Numbered from the stretch's first letter, positions 11,644 to 24,130 are shown. The stretch: 64,000 nucleotides of DNA from Macrostomum hystrix (GCA_950097015.1 CATNEN010000033.1:2852001-2916000), one strand, 5' to 3'. Notes: a model not told the origin generated them from the sequence alone. Program-made: numbers and translations.

Positions 11644-13181
11644 TACCTTTTTGCAATTGAATTCGCCGAAACTGCAAAACAATTCCCCATAGAAGCCAAT
11701 GTGGTCTAAAAATAGTAAGCCCATAGAAATTAAGCTAAAATTCGAGATTGAATTCGCCGAAATTGCATTTGAATTCGCACTGGTGACGTGTCTATATGTT
11801 GCTAAAATCGCAGCAATTTAAATTCGGCAGTCCTTCTCTATCCTGTTTTCAAAATGCTGAGAGGACCGTACAAGCCAGTTCCTGGAGTTCGCCTAGATTG
11901 CGCCTGACACGATCGTATGATGAAGGCAGAGATTGGATTCGGCTGGCTGAAACCTTGGAAATCAACAAGCGCACGGCAAGGGGCATTATTGAACGATATG
12001 CTGCAGAGGGACTTGTTGAGAGACTACCCCGAGGAGGCGGACGACCGAAGCTGCTTACTGAAGATCTGATTGAGAGTGTGAAGCTTCTGATTGAAGAAAC
12101 CCCCAATGTCACCCTTGCCAGCATGAGAGACCACCTACAGGCTCAGAATCCTGGCCAACAGGCACCAAGTCTTTCAACGCTCAGTCGGATGCTTGACTGC
12201 CAGCTCATCACTCTAAAGGCCAGTCGTCAGATTACTGCGAACTGGAACACGGACATGGTGAAGGAGGCTCGGTGGCAGTTCGCGAGTTGGATGTTGAATG
12301 ACGGTATGGGAGGGAATCTGGTGTTCATGGACGAGTTTGGAGTGAATTTATGGACAGCAAGGAGTCGGGCTCGCGCACCCAGAGGCGAACGAGCCGTTAT
12401 GATTACGAGCGGACAACGAGGGAGAAACCTGACAATTTGTCTGGCGGTTTCACCCCAATGGGGTCTGGTACACCATGCGCTGGTGGATGGCGGATTCACA
12501 AGCGGCCATTTCGCAGCATTTTTGTCTGAGTTAAATGAGCTAGTGGACGAGCCATGGACTCTGGTGTATGATGGCGCTCGCGCTCACAACAATGTTCCTG
12601 GGCTTGATGCAGGTCATTCCACCAAACAGCTGGCTCCATACTCGCCCTTTTTAAATGCGGCTGAGATGGCTGGCTCCTGCTTAAAGACTGCCGTCGGACG
12701 CTTGCTCTCACAGCCTGAAGTTCGTGCGGAACTGCTCAATACGGCTGCAGCAGCAAACCTTGGCATCACATTGCACACCTGGAGAATGGGAATTCTGAGA
12801 CGTGAGGTGACGGTCGCCCTACAGGAGATCACACAGCAGAAGTGCTTGCAGTGGGCAAATCACACGGCAACCTACTTGAATCGCTGCCTGAATCATGAAG
12901 ACATTTTGGCATAATTGATTGCTCTTTTCTTTGATCGTTCGGTTGACTTCATTCTTCATCAGTTCGCAAACTTTGTTTCCTCTTTGATTGTTTCCCCTTC
13001 GAAGCTTTTTGTCCTGTCAAATGAATACAAGCCATTGGCGCGTAACGCGAATTCAAATGCTATTTCGGCGAATTCAATCTCGAATTTTAGCTTAATTTCT
13101 ATGGGCTTACTATTTTTAGACCACATTGGCTTCTATGGGGAATTGTTTTGCAGTTTCGGCGAATTCAATTGCAAAAAGGTA
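11644..13181 (+). mobile_element. IS630/Tc1/mariner-superfamily DNA transposon, apparently intact, with ~135-bp TIRs and TA target site
   Basis: 11642..11778 is the reverse complement of 13047..13183 with one mismatch, and both ends are bounded by TA. Each TIR holds repeated ATTGAATTCGCCGAAA motifs. A single 372-aa transposase ORF lies between them. Confidence 0.95.
11796..12914 (+). CDS. IS630/Tc1-like DDE transposase (DD30E spacing)
   Basis: N-terminal HTH region (RLAETLEINKRTARGIIERY..LPRGGGRPKLL), first Asp VFMDEFG, second Asp LVYDGARAH, Glu in LAPYSPFLNAAEM. No stops or frameshifts. Confidence 0.92.
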   Translation: MLLKSQQFKFGSPSLSCFQNAERTVQASSWSSPRLRLTRSYDEGRDWIRLAETLEINKRTARGIIERYAAEGLVERLPRGGGRPKLLTEDLIESVKLLIEETPNVTLASMRDHLQAQNPGQQAPSLSTLSRMLDCQLITLKASRQITANWNTDMVKEARWQFASWMLNDGMGGNLVFMDEFGVNLWTARSRARAPRGERAVMITSGQRGRNLTICLAVSPQWGLVHHALVDGGFTSGHFAAFLSELNELVDEPWTLVYDGARAHNNVPGLDAGHSTKQLAPYSPFLNAAEMAGSCLKTAVGRLLSQPEVRAELLNTAAAANLGITLHTWRMGILRREVTVALQEITQQKCLQWANHTATYLNRCLNHEDILA

Positions 13182-13194
13182 TAATTTAACAACA

Positions 13195-13414
13195 TTGAAC
13201 AACGCTGAGCAAGGGTTTTAATGAACATCGTTAAACTATGTCTATTGTATTCTTGTATTTCAAACGTTAAGTGTGTATTTTCATTGAGCAACGCTGGGGA
13301 TTCCCGCCATTAAATACCGCGGGGTTTTAATGGACGACATTAAAAAACCCCGGTGGAATGTCTATGGTGCAAACAGAACCGCTGGGAATCCCAGCGTAGC
13401 TCAATGAAAATATA
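13195..13414. repeat. Short dispersed repeat / MITE-like element with internal inverted repeat
   Basis: 13195..13335 recurs at about 50170..50335. Within this copy, ttttcattgagcaacgctgg(g)gattccc (about 13277) is inverted at gggaatcccagcgtagctcaatgaaaa (about 13385..13411). Confidence 0.6.
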
Positions 13415-13908
13415 TACCCGCTATTTCGGGCATCAATGTCTGTGACCTCGGATATACTCGTATTCTTACATTCAAATGTTTGCTTCATTTTGGAGCCTTT
13501 TATTTCCCTTTATGCTATTTAGCTTAGCTCGCTGCCTTGTAGCCCTTTAAGCAGTAGTGTTCAGTATTAACTAATAATTATTAACTATTGTTCGCTCACT
13601 CTCTAAAATAAATTTTCTCCCATTTTATACTGCAAAAATCTAACATAATTTTCTGTGACGAAACCTCAATAACACCTAAATTCAGTTCTAAAACCAATCG
13701 CATATTATACACTCGATGGCAATGTCAGTGTAGCAGCAGTTCGGCGTGATGTCTCCGAGCTGCAGGAAATACTCGTAAAAGCCTGTTGTGCTTCAGTCTT
13801 GTTATCTTCCACTTTTATGGAATAATGCCGTGGCACTTTCCATAAATGTTATTGTTTATCGCTGAATTCATGTTAGACAACTTGGCTTATGCAACAATGC
13901 TTTCTTGC

Positions 13909-13980
13909 AGTTAAATGGGTACCAGCATTAGCTGGGGTAATTGAGGGTGGCGGTGGCGCCCCTCTGTGTCCATGGACTCA
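13909..13980 (+). mobile_element. SINE 3' fragment related to 26325..26530
   Basis: aatgggtaccagcattagctggggtaattgagggtgg...gtccatggact matches 26465..26527. Confidence 0.55.
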
Positions 13981-14699
13981 ACGGACGTTCGTTCATATGC
14001 GCGGTCGGTTGCACATGTGAACCAGTGCTTAACATATTATTTTTTTATTAAAAATTCGCAATTACTCTGCTTTAGAAACGTTTGTCTCGCATAGGCGTAA
14101 TATTTTCCATGTAACACTTTTACAGCAGGTTGTCAGTCGATTCACAGAATCTAATGACAGATAATGACAGTGTTAAAGCAAGCCAATAGACTCATTCAGT
14201 TTAGCAGAGATTTAAGGCATTGTCGGTTGTTAATTACTTGTCTATTTAGCCATTAGGACACAGCATGGTTAAACAATGCTCTATTATTTTCAAAAGATAA
14301 TGACATTATCATGCACTAGTTTGTGTGATTTTCAGTGATCAATAAATGCCAAAAAAATTCACCAGAACAAAATACGCGCATGACGATACGACCTGCTACA
14401 ACACTAAATACACATGCATAGTAAAAAGACTTAAGTCAAAACTACAAGCAGGAATGATATAGGGTAAAGCGAAATTTGTACTTCATAAAAATAGACAGAC
14501 AAAAACTCACACAGGCTGTGGTGTAGTAGAATATTTAAAAATGAATGAAAAGATGCCAAACTAATAAAAAAGGATATTCGTAAAAAACGTTCAGGCTAAG
14601 AATAAAATGTCTGGACTTTAATGCCATTGTACTAAACAGGTCATTAAACTGTTGCCACGGAGTCCTAGCTGCGTTCAACAATAGTGAACTGCCCGAAGC

Positions 14700-15062
14700 A
14701 GCAGGAAGGTGAATCCCAGGCCTAGAACTGCAGAAAGAAGGGGAATCCCAGGCCTTGAACTGCAGAAAGAAGGGGAATCCCAGGCCTTGAACTGCAGAAA
14801 GAAGGGGAATCCCAGGCCTAGAACTGCAGCAGGAAGGTGAATCCCAGGCCTAGAACTGAAGCAGGAATGTGAATCCCAGGCCTAGAACTGCAGCAGGAAG
14901 GTGAATCCCGGGCCTAGAACTGAAGCAGGAATGTGAATCCCAGGCCTAGAACTGCAGCAGGAAGGTGAATCCCAGGCCTAGAACTGCAGCAGGAAGGTGA
15001 ATCCCGGGCCTAGAACTGCAGCAGGAAGGTGAATCCCAGGCCTAGAACTGCAGCAGGAAGGT
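14700..15062. repeat. Minisatellite, 32-bp unit derived from the mannosidase stop-codon region, ~11 copies
   Basis: Minus-strand unit accttcctgctgcagttctaggcctgggattc is the last codons TFLLQF* plus 11 nt of UTR. Confidence 0.95.
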
Positions 15063-18000
15063 GCGGAAGAAGAACCCGCCAAGCGGCAGCCGCTCGTCCA
15101 GATCCACCCGGGGCCGCTCCATGTGCAGTCCGGTGAGCGACGCCTCTGCCACGCGAGTAGGCCGACGCCCGCCAGCGGGAAACAGGCCACCTAAACTGAA
15201 GCCATCGGCGCTGTCGCATAGCCTGTCGTCAGGAGGTCCTCGACGCAGTCCGCACAGGCTGGGCTGGTTGTGCAGCACCAGCAGAGCGTGGAACTTATGT
15301 CCGATTGGCAGCAGGCGGTAGGTGACAATCTCCAGAGAACAGGGCAGGCCGGCCGGCGGCAGCAGGGCCGTCTGGGCCGGCGCATCATCGCCTGCGCCCA
15401 GCAAGAAGACCAGCGGCCGTTGAACAAGCCGCCGCGACAGAGTCACCTCTGAGGGCGTCAGGAAGTCGCCAACTTGGCGCTCCTCATCGCCTGTGGCAGG
15501 CGGAGCCGCGGCTTCGGTGGACCAGTGGAGCAGGAAGTCGCTGCGAGCCGGGTAGACATGCCCGATGGCCTGGCCGACTCCGCGGCTGTCATCCTGCGGA
15601 GGGATTTGCTATTCGGAGTAGTTAAACTGCCGATGGGATTCCTCGATACCACACCTTGGGTTATTCGCTAAATTTGTGCTTTTTTCTAAATACCAGTGGG
15701 TTTCAACGGGAATCGAATATAACAACTGCTAATTCCTATAGGACAGTTGAGAATTCCTACAGGAAAACTGATAAAACCTATAGGATAAACTAATAATCCT
15801 TATAGGATGAGACTCTAATAGGAATCTCAAACCTGATCCAGTAGAGTTAGAGCTAATCCCAGTAGAGTTAGTGCTAATCCCAGTAGAGTTAGTGCTAATC
15901 CCAGTAGATTTAGTGCTAATCCCAGTAGAGTTAGTGCTAATCCCAGTAGAGTTAGAGCTAATCCCAGTAGAGTTAGTACTAATCCCAGTAGATTTAGTGC
16001 TAATCCCAGTAGAGTTAGTGCTAATCCCAGTAGAGTTAGTACTAAACTAATAGCCCAGCCGAAGAATCACGGTTTAAAAAAAGCGCACCTGAGAGGTACG
16101 CCGGTGCAGGAAAATATCGATTCTGCCGTCGGGCAGCAGAGCTGCTCCGTGACTCTGGCCAGTCAGCACGGCCACACGACGCCGCTGTCCGCCCAGCGGG
16201 CCGCTGCCAGTGAGCACGAGGGCGCCGGTGACAGGATAGACGCCGGATTCGAATGGCGCCTTGAATGGCCGGTGCCGCCTAACCAGGGCGGCCGAGTTGG
16301 CGTCCGTGTAGAAATAGCGGCCATTGTCCAGACTAAAGTTGGCCCGCATGACCAGCTCGAGATCCACTGGCCTGGCCATATCCGAGCTCTCAGTGGTGGG
16401 TAGATCGGCCAGGTTGGTGACGCGCACGGCAGAGTCAAGCGCCGCGGAGCCTGTGCTGTACAGAGCCAGGCGGCTGCGGTAGCGATTCTGCTGGCGCACA
16501 ATGCAGCTGCGGAGGCCGCCGCGCAGCCAGTAGATCACCGTGTCCGTCTGCAGGCCCTCGCGGGAGAGCGGAGCGCCGGAGTCCACCTGGTGCGGGACGA
16601 GAAATGAACTACACGTGCGAATAGAATGCATACTACTAACGACAAAGATTTCAAGTAGTATACTACAAAGAACTACGCCTAAAATATTTCGAAGTGACTG
16701 CACTCACCCCGCCGCCCATGATGTAGGCGCCGCGCCTGGTAGACTTGGCCAGCCGCAGGAAGCCGAACTCCAGCCCGAATCCGGCAGTGGCCTGAGCGCG
16801 CCCGCCCGGACCCGACCGTGTCGTGACGCTGACAAAGTCCGGCTCCTGGCTGGCCAGGCTGAAGTTGAGAGCAAGCCGGTCATTGGCCAGTGTGAGGCTG
16901 CGCAGGGCACTCGGCTTCAATGCCGAGTCGTCCAGGCGGCCAACCCGCGGCCACATTAAGCTGCTGTGAGCAAAGTTCATTGCAATGTCCACTGGCGGGC
17001 AGCGAGTCGAGTCTCCTCGGTCCCGATGGACTTCAGCGGCGGCGACGGAGGTGAAGCCGATGCGCGTAGCCGACATTGGCGGCATGTTCAGGCAGATCAA
17101 CAGGTTGAATCGGGCGTCGCTGATGCCGCCTGAGATGCCGTCGAAATGCGGCTCAACTTGGCAGCGAATGCGGAGTTGACCGGCTCGTTGCGGTGGCACC
17201 AGCCGCACGGAGGCCGCTGAAGCAGGAGGTCCGCGCAGCACCACTGTGGCACAGTCGTATCGAGCCTGCGCCATGGGGTTTAGCAGGACCAGCTGGCTGA
17301 GCTGCTGCCTTGTCGCTGCCGATGGGATCTAAGCAGGGAAACCAAAAAGTTGTAAAAAGTCAATCATGTTGTGAGAAGATACTCAGGTGAAGCGCTTGTT
17401 TACCTCAAAGCCGACCGGGCCAGGCAGTTTTGGCGGCGTCCGCCAGCCACCGTCGAACGCCCATGCGAAGGTCGACGAAGCGGCGGCCTTGGAGGCACCC
17501 ATTAGCCGGTCCAGCACTGCAGACAGCGCCTCAGCGGAGCGGTTGAAGGCGCCGGGAAGCATCCTGGCCAGGTACTGCTCCTCGATGACATCCTGCGTGG
17601 AGGTGCCTGTGATGGAGTCGTGATGCTGGAATAGGGATAAATTGCGTCTCGCCCACTCCAGCTTGGGGAAGACGTCCGCGTGCAGCTGCCGATGGCCGAG
17701 GCTCAGGACGGCCGTGGTGGCAAAGATCTCTGCGGCTCGCAGCAGCGACTCGATTTCCCGGCTGCAGCTGCAGATTTGGAAACAAGCAATCATCAATGAT
17801 TTGATAAATACTACTCATCGATGATAGTAATTAGATAGAGTCATGCTAATGTTTGCTAACCGTTTCAATCCGGGCCTAGAAGTGAAGTAGCCGCTCCAAT
17901 AGTCCTCATCCTTGTCTGTGTAGGTGAAAAAGTCGCCCATGAAGTTTGGCAAGCCGTCGCCAGCCGGTTCTTTGGCCAGCTCAGTACGCACCGCGGCAAA

Positions 18001-19263
18001 ATAATCCCTAATAGTACCAAACTTGATCTCCACATTCATGGCCGGGTGGCTGTTCATGAAGTCCATGAGCTTCTTGTAGTTGTTGTACTGCTGGTTCCAC
18101 TCCTCTTCCCGATCCCAGCGGAAGTCGTCGCCGAGCGGCATCATGACAACATTGTGCCTGAAGAACTTGCTCTTGGCCTCCAACTGCTGGAACAGCATGT
18201 CGGATAGGCGATTCACATTCTTGCTATCAATGTTTGTGCCAATGCTCTCAGAAGATTCTCCGTCGATGTTGCGAAAGTCAAAGTACAGGCAGAACGATGG
18301 ATTGGGGCCGCAAGAGTATTTGATCTGGTACAGCATGAATGGCAAAATGCTGGTCAGCAGTTGGGTGTCGGGCCCGTGTCCAGTGCTGCTCCAGAATGAC
18401 TGCCAATGGAACTCCAGCGATCGGTCGCGCCTCAACATGTCCTTGATGTGCTCGTTGATGCGCAGGATGACGTAGTTTTTAATGCCCGCCAGCGCCTGCA
18501 GGTGAGGCGACAGCATGGAGTAGCCGAACGGATCCACGTTCCAGTAGGTTTCGGGTGCCACGCCAAGGTTCTGCTGCAGCCACAGGTGTCCGTCCAGCAT
18601 CTGGTTGATCAATGCAAAATAGTGTGTCGACGCTTCGTCTGGTGACACCCATCCACCGCCAGTGATCTCCAAGCGGCCCTGGCGCACCAGAGCCTTCATG
18701 TCGGCCCGCTGTTTTGGTGTGGCCTCGGCGAACCAGGTGCTGAGGAAGACGGACTCGGTCCAGATGAACCGCATATCCGGCCATTTAGTCAGGTATTTCA
18801 ATGCGTAATTCAGCACATTACGCGTCTGGAGGTGATAATAAGACTCGTAGGACCTTATCCAGTTGGGATCGTTGTGCGAATGCGGCACAACAAACACTGT
18901 CAGCTTTCTGCCTTTGGGCTTCAATGACAACAGCGAGGCTGGCACCTGGACGCCATTCTCAAAGGTGACAGCCTTCGGATCATAGCGGCGGTCAAACCGG
19001 CCTAGCAGCTGATTGGCGAATGTGGTCTTTGTTCCCGCTGTTTGCTGGTTGATCCGGGTGCAAAGCGAGCCGGCCTCGAAGTCATGCAGTTTCGGCTTAG
19101 CCAATGGACGCAGCGGGTCGTCAAGCAGTGGCACCTCCAGCGCCGCATCATCGTTGATGGAATAACTGCTCTCGCGGTGAAAGGTGGCGGAGAAGTAGGT
19201 AAGTAGTAGGAAAGCCAATGCGAACAGGGCCAGAAGGCACCAGATGCGTGTTTTAAATCGCAT
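15042..19263 (-). CDS. MAN2A: Golgi alpha-mannosidase II (GH38), complete, 5 exons: 17861..19263, 17404..17767, 16708..17328, 16089..16586, 15042..15593 (3438 nt, 1145 aa)
   Basis: Type II signal anchor (MRFKTRIWCLLALFALAFLLLTYF) and GH38 motifs VVPHSHNDPNW, WNVDPFGYS, MPLGDDF, YWSGYFTSRP, LFQHHDSITGT, LLNPMAQAR, YFYTDANS, HRRTSQ|DDSRGVGQ, LPCSLEIVTYR. All introns are GT-AG (93, 75, 121, 495 nt) and the summed frame is intact. Confidence 0.96.
15836..16043. repeat. Minisatellite, 21-bp unit agtagagttagtgctaatccc, ~10 copies (mannosidase intron 4)
   Basis: Tandem periodicity. Confidence 0.97.
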
Positions 19264-22200
19264 GTTGGAACATTCACGAGTCTGGAGTCAGTGCATTAAT
19301 GGATTGAAACTTCCCCTGAAATGGAATTTTAGCAGTTCAAAAAAACTGAATTTATACAATTTATAGATTTCTTTATTTGATTTAGCAGAAATTTTGGTTA
19401 TCTACCCAAAGCATATAAGACCTAGTTGGAGTCATGGTGACTTGGATAGTATACAAGAAAATGTTATTAAAGTAAACATTGCTTTGTTTCAGCTTTCAGA
19501 AAAGAAAAATCACTATTAATGATTTGTGAAAGCTTCATAAGAATAGTTATTTTATATAAAAATTATAAACTAACAAAAGTTTGTAGAATGTTATTGCTAA
19601 TTAAAACCAGGTGTTACATAATAAATGTGAACTCTATTCAAATAATTAAATCATATTGCAATAGCCAATTAGCTGGAAATTGGTATACTGTCTTCTGTGG
19701 TATTACTGCTCATAAGTATCAACCTTTTGGAGTCAATATAATGGTTTAGTTACACAGCTATCACCCTCAAAATATAGTCAGATGAGTTCTTTCTTTATTC
19801 CAGCTAGTTGACCAACATTAGTATATCTTACTCATGACTCATGGCAATACATGGCAATGACTTGGCTTAGGCCCATCACTGTGGAGACTTTAGGGCAAGG
19901 GATCAACACAAGCTGACACTAGGACTAAATCTTTAAAAGTTAATGCAGTAGAATCATGCACCTAAATGCACTGGTGTACAGAAGCTGTGACTGTTTGACA
20001 TGAGTTAGGCATATGAGCTCATTTTAAACTATATTATCAGGCTACCTATAGCAAATAAAACTGGAGACTTAGACAAATTATTCAGTAGATTGGACAAGAA
20101 AATCATAGCAAATTCTGTATTAGCAACAAGGCTATAGCAATTCTTAAGCTAGTAAGCTAGTCTCAGTTATAAAAAAATAACAAATTATTTTATAAGTTAT
20201 TATTTGTGACTAAAGTGTTGCATCTATAAATATAATACATAAACACAACTTTAGATTTTAGCTGTTGTGGTCTACAAAAGCTTTCCCCATCTTTTGTTTA
20301 AAATTATACAAAAATTTTATTACTAGGCACTATCAGCATAGTTGATTTTTAGTTTGTATTACGCCCTTTGGCTTTGCAAATATAAGACATTTTTATTAGG
20401 CCCAGTAGCAAAATATTTTCTAGTTTCATATTAATGCAACCCTGCTTTTCCAGCCCCAATCACAAAATGTTCAGGAATTAAATTAATTGAATTAAATTAA
20501 ATTAATCACCAAGTAACGACCTACTTAGCATCCATAGTTTAGTGGCAGTATTTTTTGTTTTAGGCATAACAATGGCATAATTGAGCATGGTAGGTATATA
20601 TATAAAAAGCCTTAGTTTCTAACTTCCTAGTTTCTAACAATCTAACGTCTTAACTGAACGCATTTAGATAATAGCTGATCTTCTGGTATCACAAGATATT
20701 AAGATATTTATCAAAATAACAGATTTTATGTTCAGCTTTCCCAGAAAGTAAAAGTTTGAATTGTGCTTCCTCTATTTTCCGCAAAATCTTTTAATTTTAA
20801 CAAGTATCCTCGTAATAAAATAGCATCGCTAATCGGGTATGTTGTGAGGTATTTTTCAGTACCAATAAAAATAATGCTATTATTATAAATAAATTTCTTA
20901 TTTATTGCTCTTATTCTTTAGTTTAGAAATCAGCAATTCGATAGCTAGGCCCACAGCTAGAACCCACAGCCCACAGCTAGAGCCGCAGCCCACAGCTAGT
21001 AGCTAGGTCTACTTCTTAACAGGGCGTAATCCCCTTTATAACAATATTACTACAGATGGGGATGGACCGCTTATGTGGTGTGTTAGTCTAGACTAGACCA
21101 ATTTAAAGTGGGCTTTTTAAGTAGTCACAGGCTTTGTAGTACAAGTATTTTTTATCTTTGCTGTTCTTTAACATTAGGACTAATGCTAAATAAATGGTCT
21201 GGTCTAGCCAGATAACTTGAAAATCATCAGTTATATAATTTTAGCTCTCTAAAATCAAAATAATGTAGCTTTAAGGTTTAGCCTCTGGCTACTATTATAG
21301 TCATAGGCACTATACTAGCTATCATTCTTTTCAAATCTTTCGTTACATTGTTTTTCTTAATACTTTCATTTCAAATCAATGCAACAAGTTAGAATTTTTA
21401 TTTTTAAGGTTGCTTTTTTGCACCTAATGAACTGGGGCTGCTTCTGGGGTTCTGGGGAAGGTCGGTGCGTCGAAAGTATTATAATAGGTTGTGTTTAGTA
21501 GAAAATTAAAGAAAAACAAAATGTATCAATATAAATACTAAACATTTTCCTAAACTTGGTTATATTAATTTATTTTGATACCTTACATAAAAAATGAGAA
21601 AAAAAACCCCTAAAAACATAAATAAAATGGTCGTTTCGTCTGCCAAAATACTATGGCAGACGAAAAGGCAGCAGACGAAACGACTGCACACCCATGTCTG
21701 TGGCAAATGTTCAGTGCAGCGTGCAGGGGGTTGAGGAGATAAAAGCAAATTGGTTGACATGCTTGGGAGTGTCTATAGCCAAAAGGGATAAGCTGGTTAG
21801 TGGTCGGGGAAGTATTAGCAGATCTGTGTTCTGCTATCATACTTCTAATTTTCTACCATTAAGTAACACAGACTCAAAGTCTATTAACACCATGGTAGGA
21901 GGCCACTTGGCAGCACTGTCATTTATTGTGGATCCAAACTCCCTCAGGCCTATTATTACCCTTGCTGAATTTTGACATGCCATCTTGCAGAATTTGGACA
22001 CAACATTTTATGCTCATCATATCATTGTTTCCGATTGTTTAATCGTTTCCCATTGTTTCAAAATTATTTACCAATGTTCTTGCATCAATTCTAAATGAAA
22101 CTTTTCAGAAAAACAGTTTAACAAACTATTTAAAAAGAATGCCAGCTATATCTATATAGCTAGTCTTCCCAAAAATGCTCTCTCAACTCTGGAATAACCT

Positions 22201-22906
22201 GTAGTCCTAGGAGTAGTAGTAGTTTTAACATATGTCCTGATTGGTAGTGCTAATTGACATGGTCTGGTGCAAATAATTCTATCTTTATCCATATGAATAC
22301 ATGCCAATAATGCCCACCAAATCTGCAAAAGTCCTTCTGTTAACTATAATTGGCATTGAAAGCTCTAGAAGAAAGGGTTCAAGAATTGTAATTAGAAAAA
22401 AATATCATAAAAATCTGTAAAAACTGACTTTGTTATACAATTAATTTATAGAAAATAATTGAAATTACAAATATAAAAAGCTAAATAAATAAACAAACCA
22501 ACTGACAGTTAAGGTTTTAATTTCCTATTTCTGTGGTCTAGTAGACAATAAGATAAGGTACTAATTCATTAAAATCAGGACATGTTTCTTTCTGAGTTAG
22601 GATACTAATTTATCATAATTAAAATACCCAACTAAGAATAACTTCTTAACAAGATTATCCTTGTTATACTTTTTAGGCATGCTAGAATAAGCTATGCTAG
22701 TTTTCAACTACATGTTCTAAGTTTTGACTTAGCTGTTAGGATTAGACATTGCAATAGGAGATGCCTTGTCACCCAGTTCTAGCTAGCAATGGTGCTAACA
22801 TCCACATTCCATATTGCTGTGCTCCTCTGCATAGTCCAGGAACAGGAGCAGTGCTTGCTCAGTAGCCCTTTGTAGAAAAACTGGCAAAGTTCTCAAGCCT
22901 GAGCTA

Positions 22907-24130
22907 CGAGGGGGATCCGGAAAGTAGTGTTACTATTACTCGGTGTGGACATATGGAAAGTTGCACTTGCATGAGTTTGGTGTCATTTGAAAGCAGCAAG
23001 TCTCTTCTTTAAAATGACACCAATTGCAAGAGATTTTTATATGTGCCTCAAGAGATATGGAAAATTAAGTAGAAAAAGGTCAGTCATAGACTTACACAAG
23101 CTATGTCTGCAGAAAAATTTTATTAATCACTCCAAGAAAATCCAAAAAGCACAAAAAGTACAGCAAGAAACAGGTGATAACAAGCGAAATTGTAATACAA
23201 GCAAACAACGTTAAAATCACTCATGTCTCATCGCCAGTCACAATCAGCTCTCGAAGGGCTGACCATCCTCCATGTTGCTTGACCAGCTCCAGGTTGTTCA
23301 CACATTTCTGGTTGCGATCCAGCTTCATGTTGTCAGTGAGCAATCGTGGTACCCAACAGGCACTCAGTTTGATGTGATTATCTTCTGCAGACATTTGTGA
23401 ACCGTGGACTTCGGGCAATCCAGTCGATTGGCTATTTCTCTGGCAACAGTCTTCATTGATCAAGTCGAGAATGCGATCCATCAGGCTGCTGCTGTCGCGA
23501 ATCGCAGGGCGTCCTGACCTTGGCATGTATCATATGTCAGTTCTTCCAGATTGAAACTCGCCCACCCACCTGCTTACTGTCATCTTGCTTACAGCATGGT
23601 CTCCATGAGCAGTGCAAAGTTGCCTGTGGATGTCAGCCAATTTGCTCCCGGAGCTCCAAAGTGTTAATATGGCATGTCGCTGCCCAGTCTTGGAATGCAC
23701 ATCCATTTTACAGTTGATTGAAAATCAAGTGTCGATCGAAGTTTGCAGGCAGAGCAAGTGCAGTCTTGGTTTTCTGAGGCAGCCCCTCACATTTACTGCA
23801 TCGAATTTGGCCATATACTGTTTTTGCATGCGAGAAAAATCGATAAAAATTCAAGCTGAATGCAATTTTTAGCTTAAATTTTAGCTTGCGTAAGTCTATG
23901 ACCGACCTTTCTCTGCTTAATTAATTACTTAATTAATTGAGCAAAATTGATTAAAATGAATTACTTATTTAAGTAAGTACTTAATCTACATATGAGGCAC
24001 AAATCTCTTGCAATTGGTGTCATTTTAAAGAAGAGACTTGCCGCTTTCAAATGACACCAAACTCATGCAAGTGCAACTTTCCATACGTCCACACCGAGTA
24101 ATTGTAACACTAGTTTCTGGACGCCCCATG
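22907..24130 (-). mobile_element. Decayed, internally deleted mariner element with ~130-bp TIRs
   Basis: TA|cgagggggatccggaaagtagtg... (22907..23036) is inverted at 24001..24130|TA. The minus-strand transposase remnant has PRSGRP, WVPRLL and IVTGDET motifs, with stops and no catalytic C-terminal half. Confidence 0.9.

Noticed and set aside
18080-18784. Plus-strand and shifted ORFs overlapping mannosidase exons, and similar ORFs over FARP exons 10-13 (43843-46894)
   Set aside because: They are shadow ORFs of GC-rich coding exons with no independent motifs.
21630-21684. Small inverted repeat gtcgtttcgtctgc / gcagacgaaacgac containing GAAAC
   Set aside because: There is no CUGANGA core, so it is not a hammerhead. 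It is probably a MITE fragment and too short to call.
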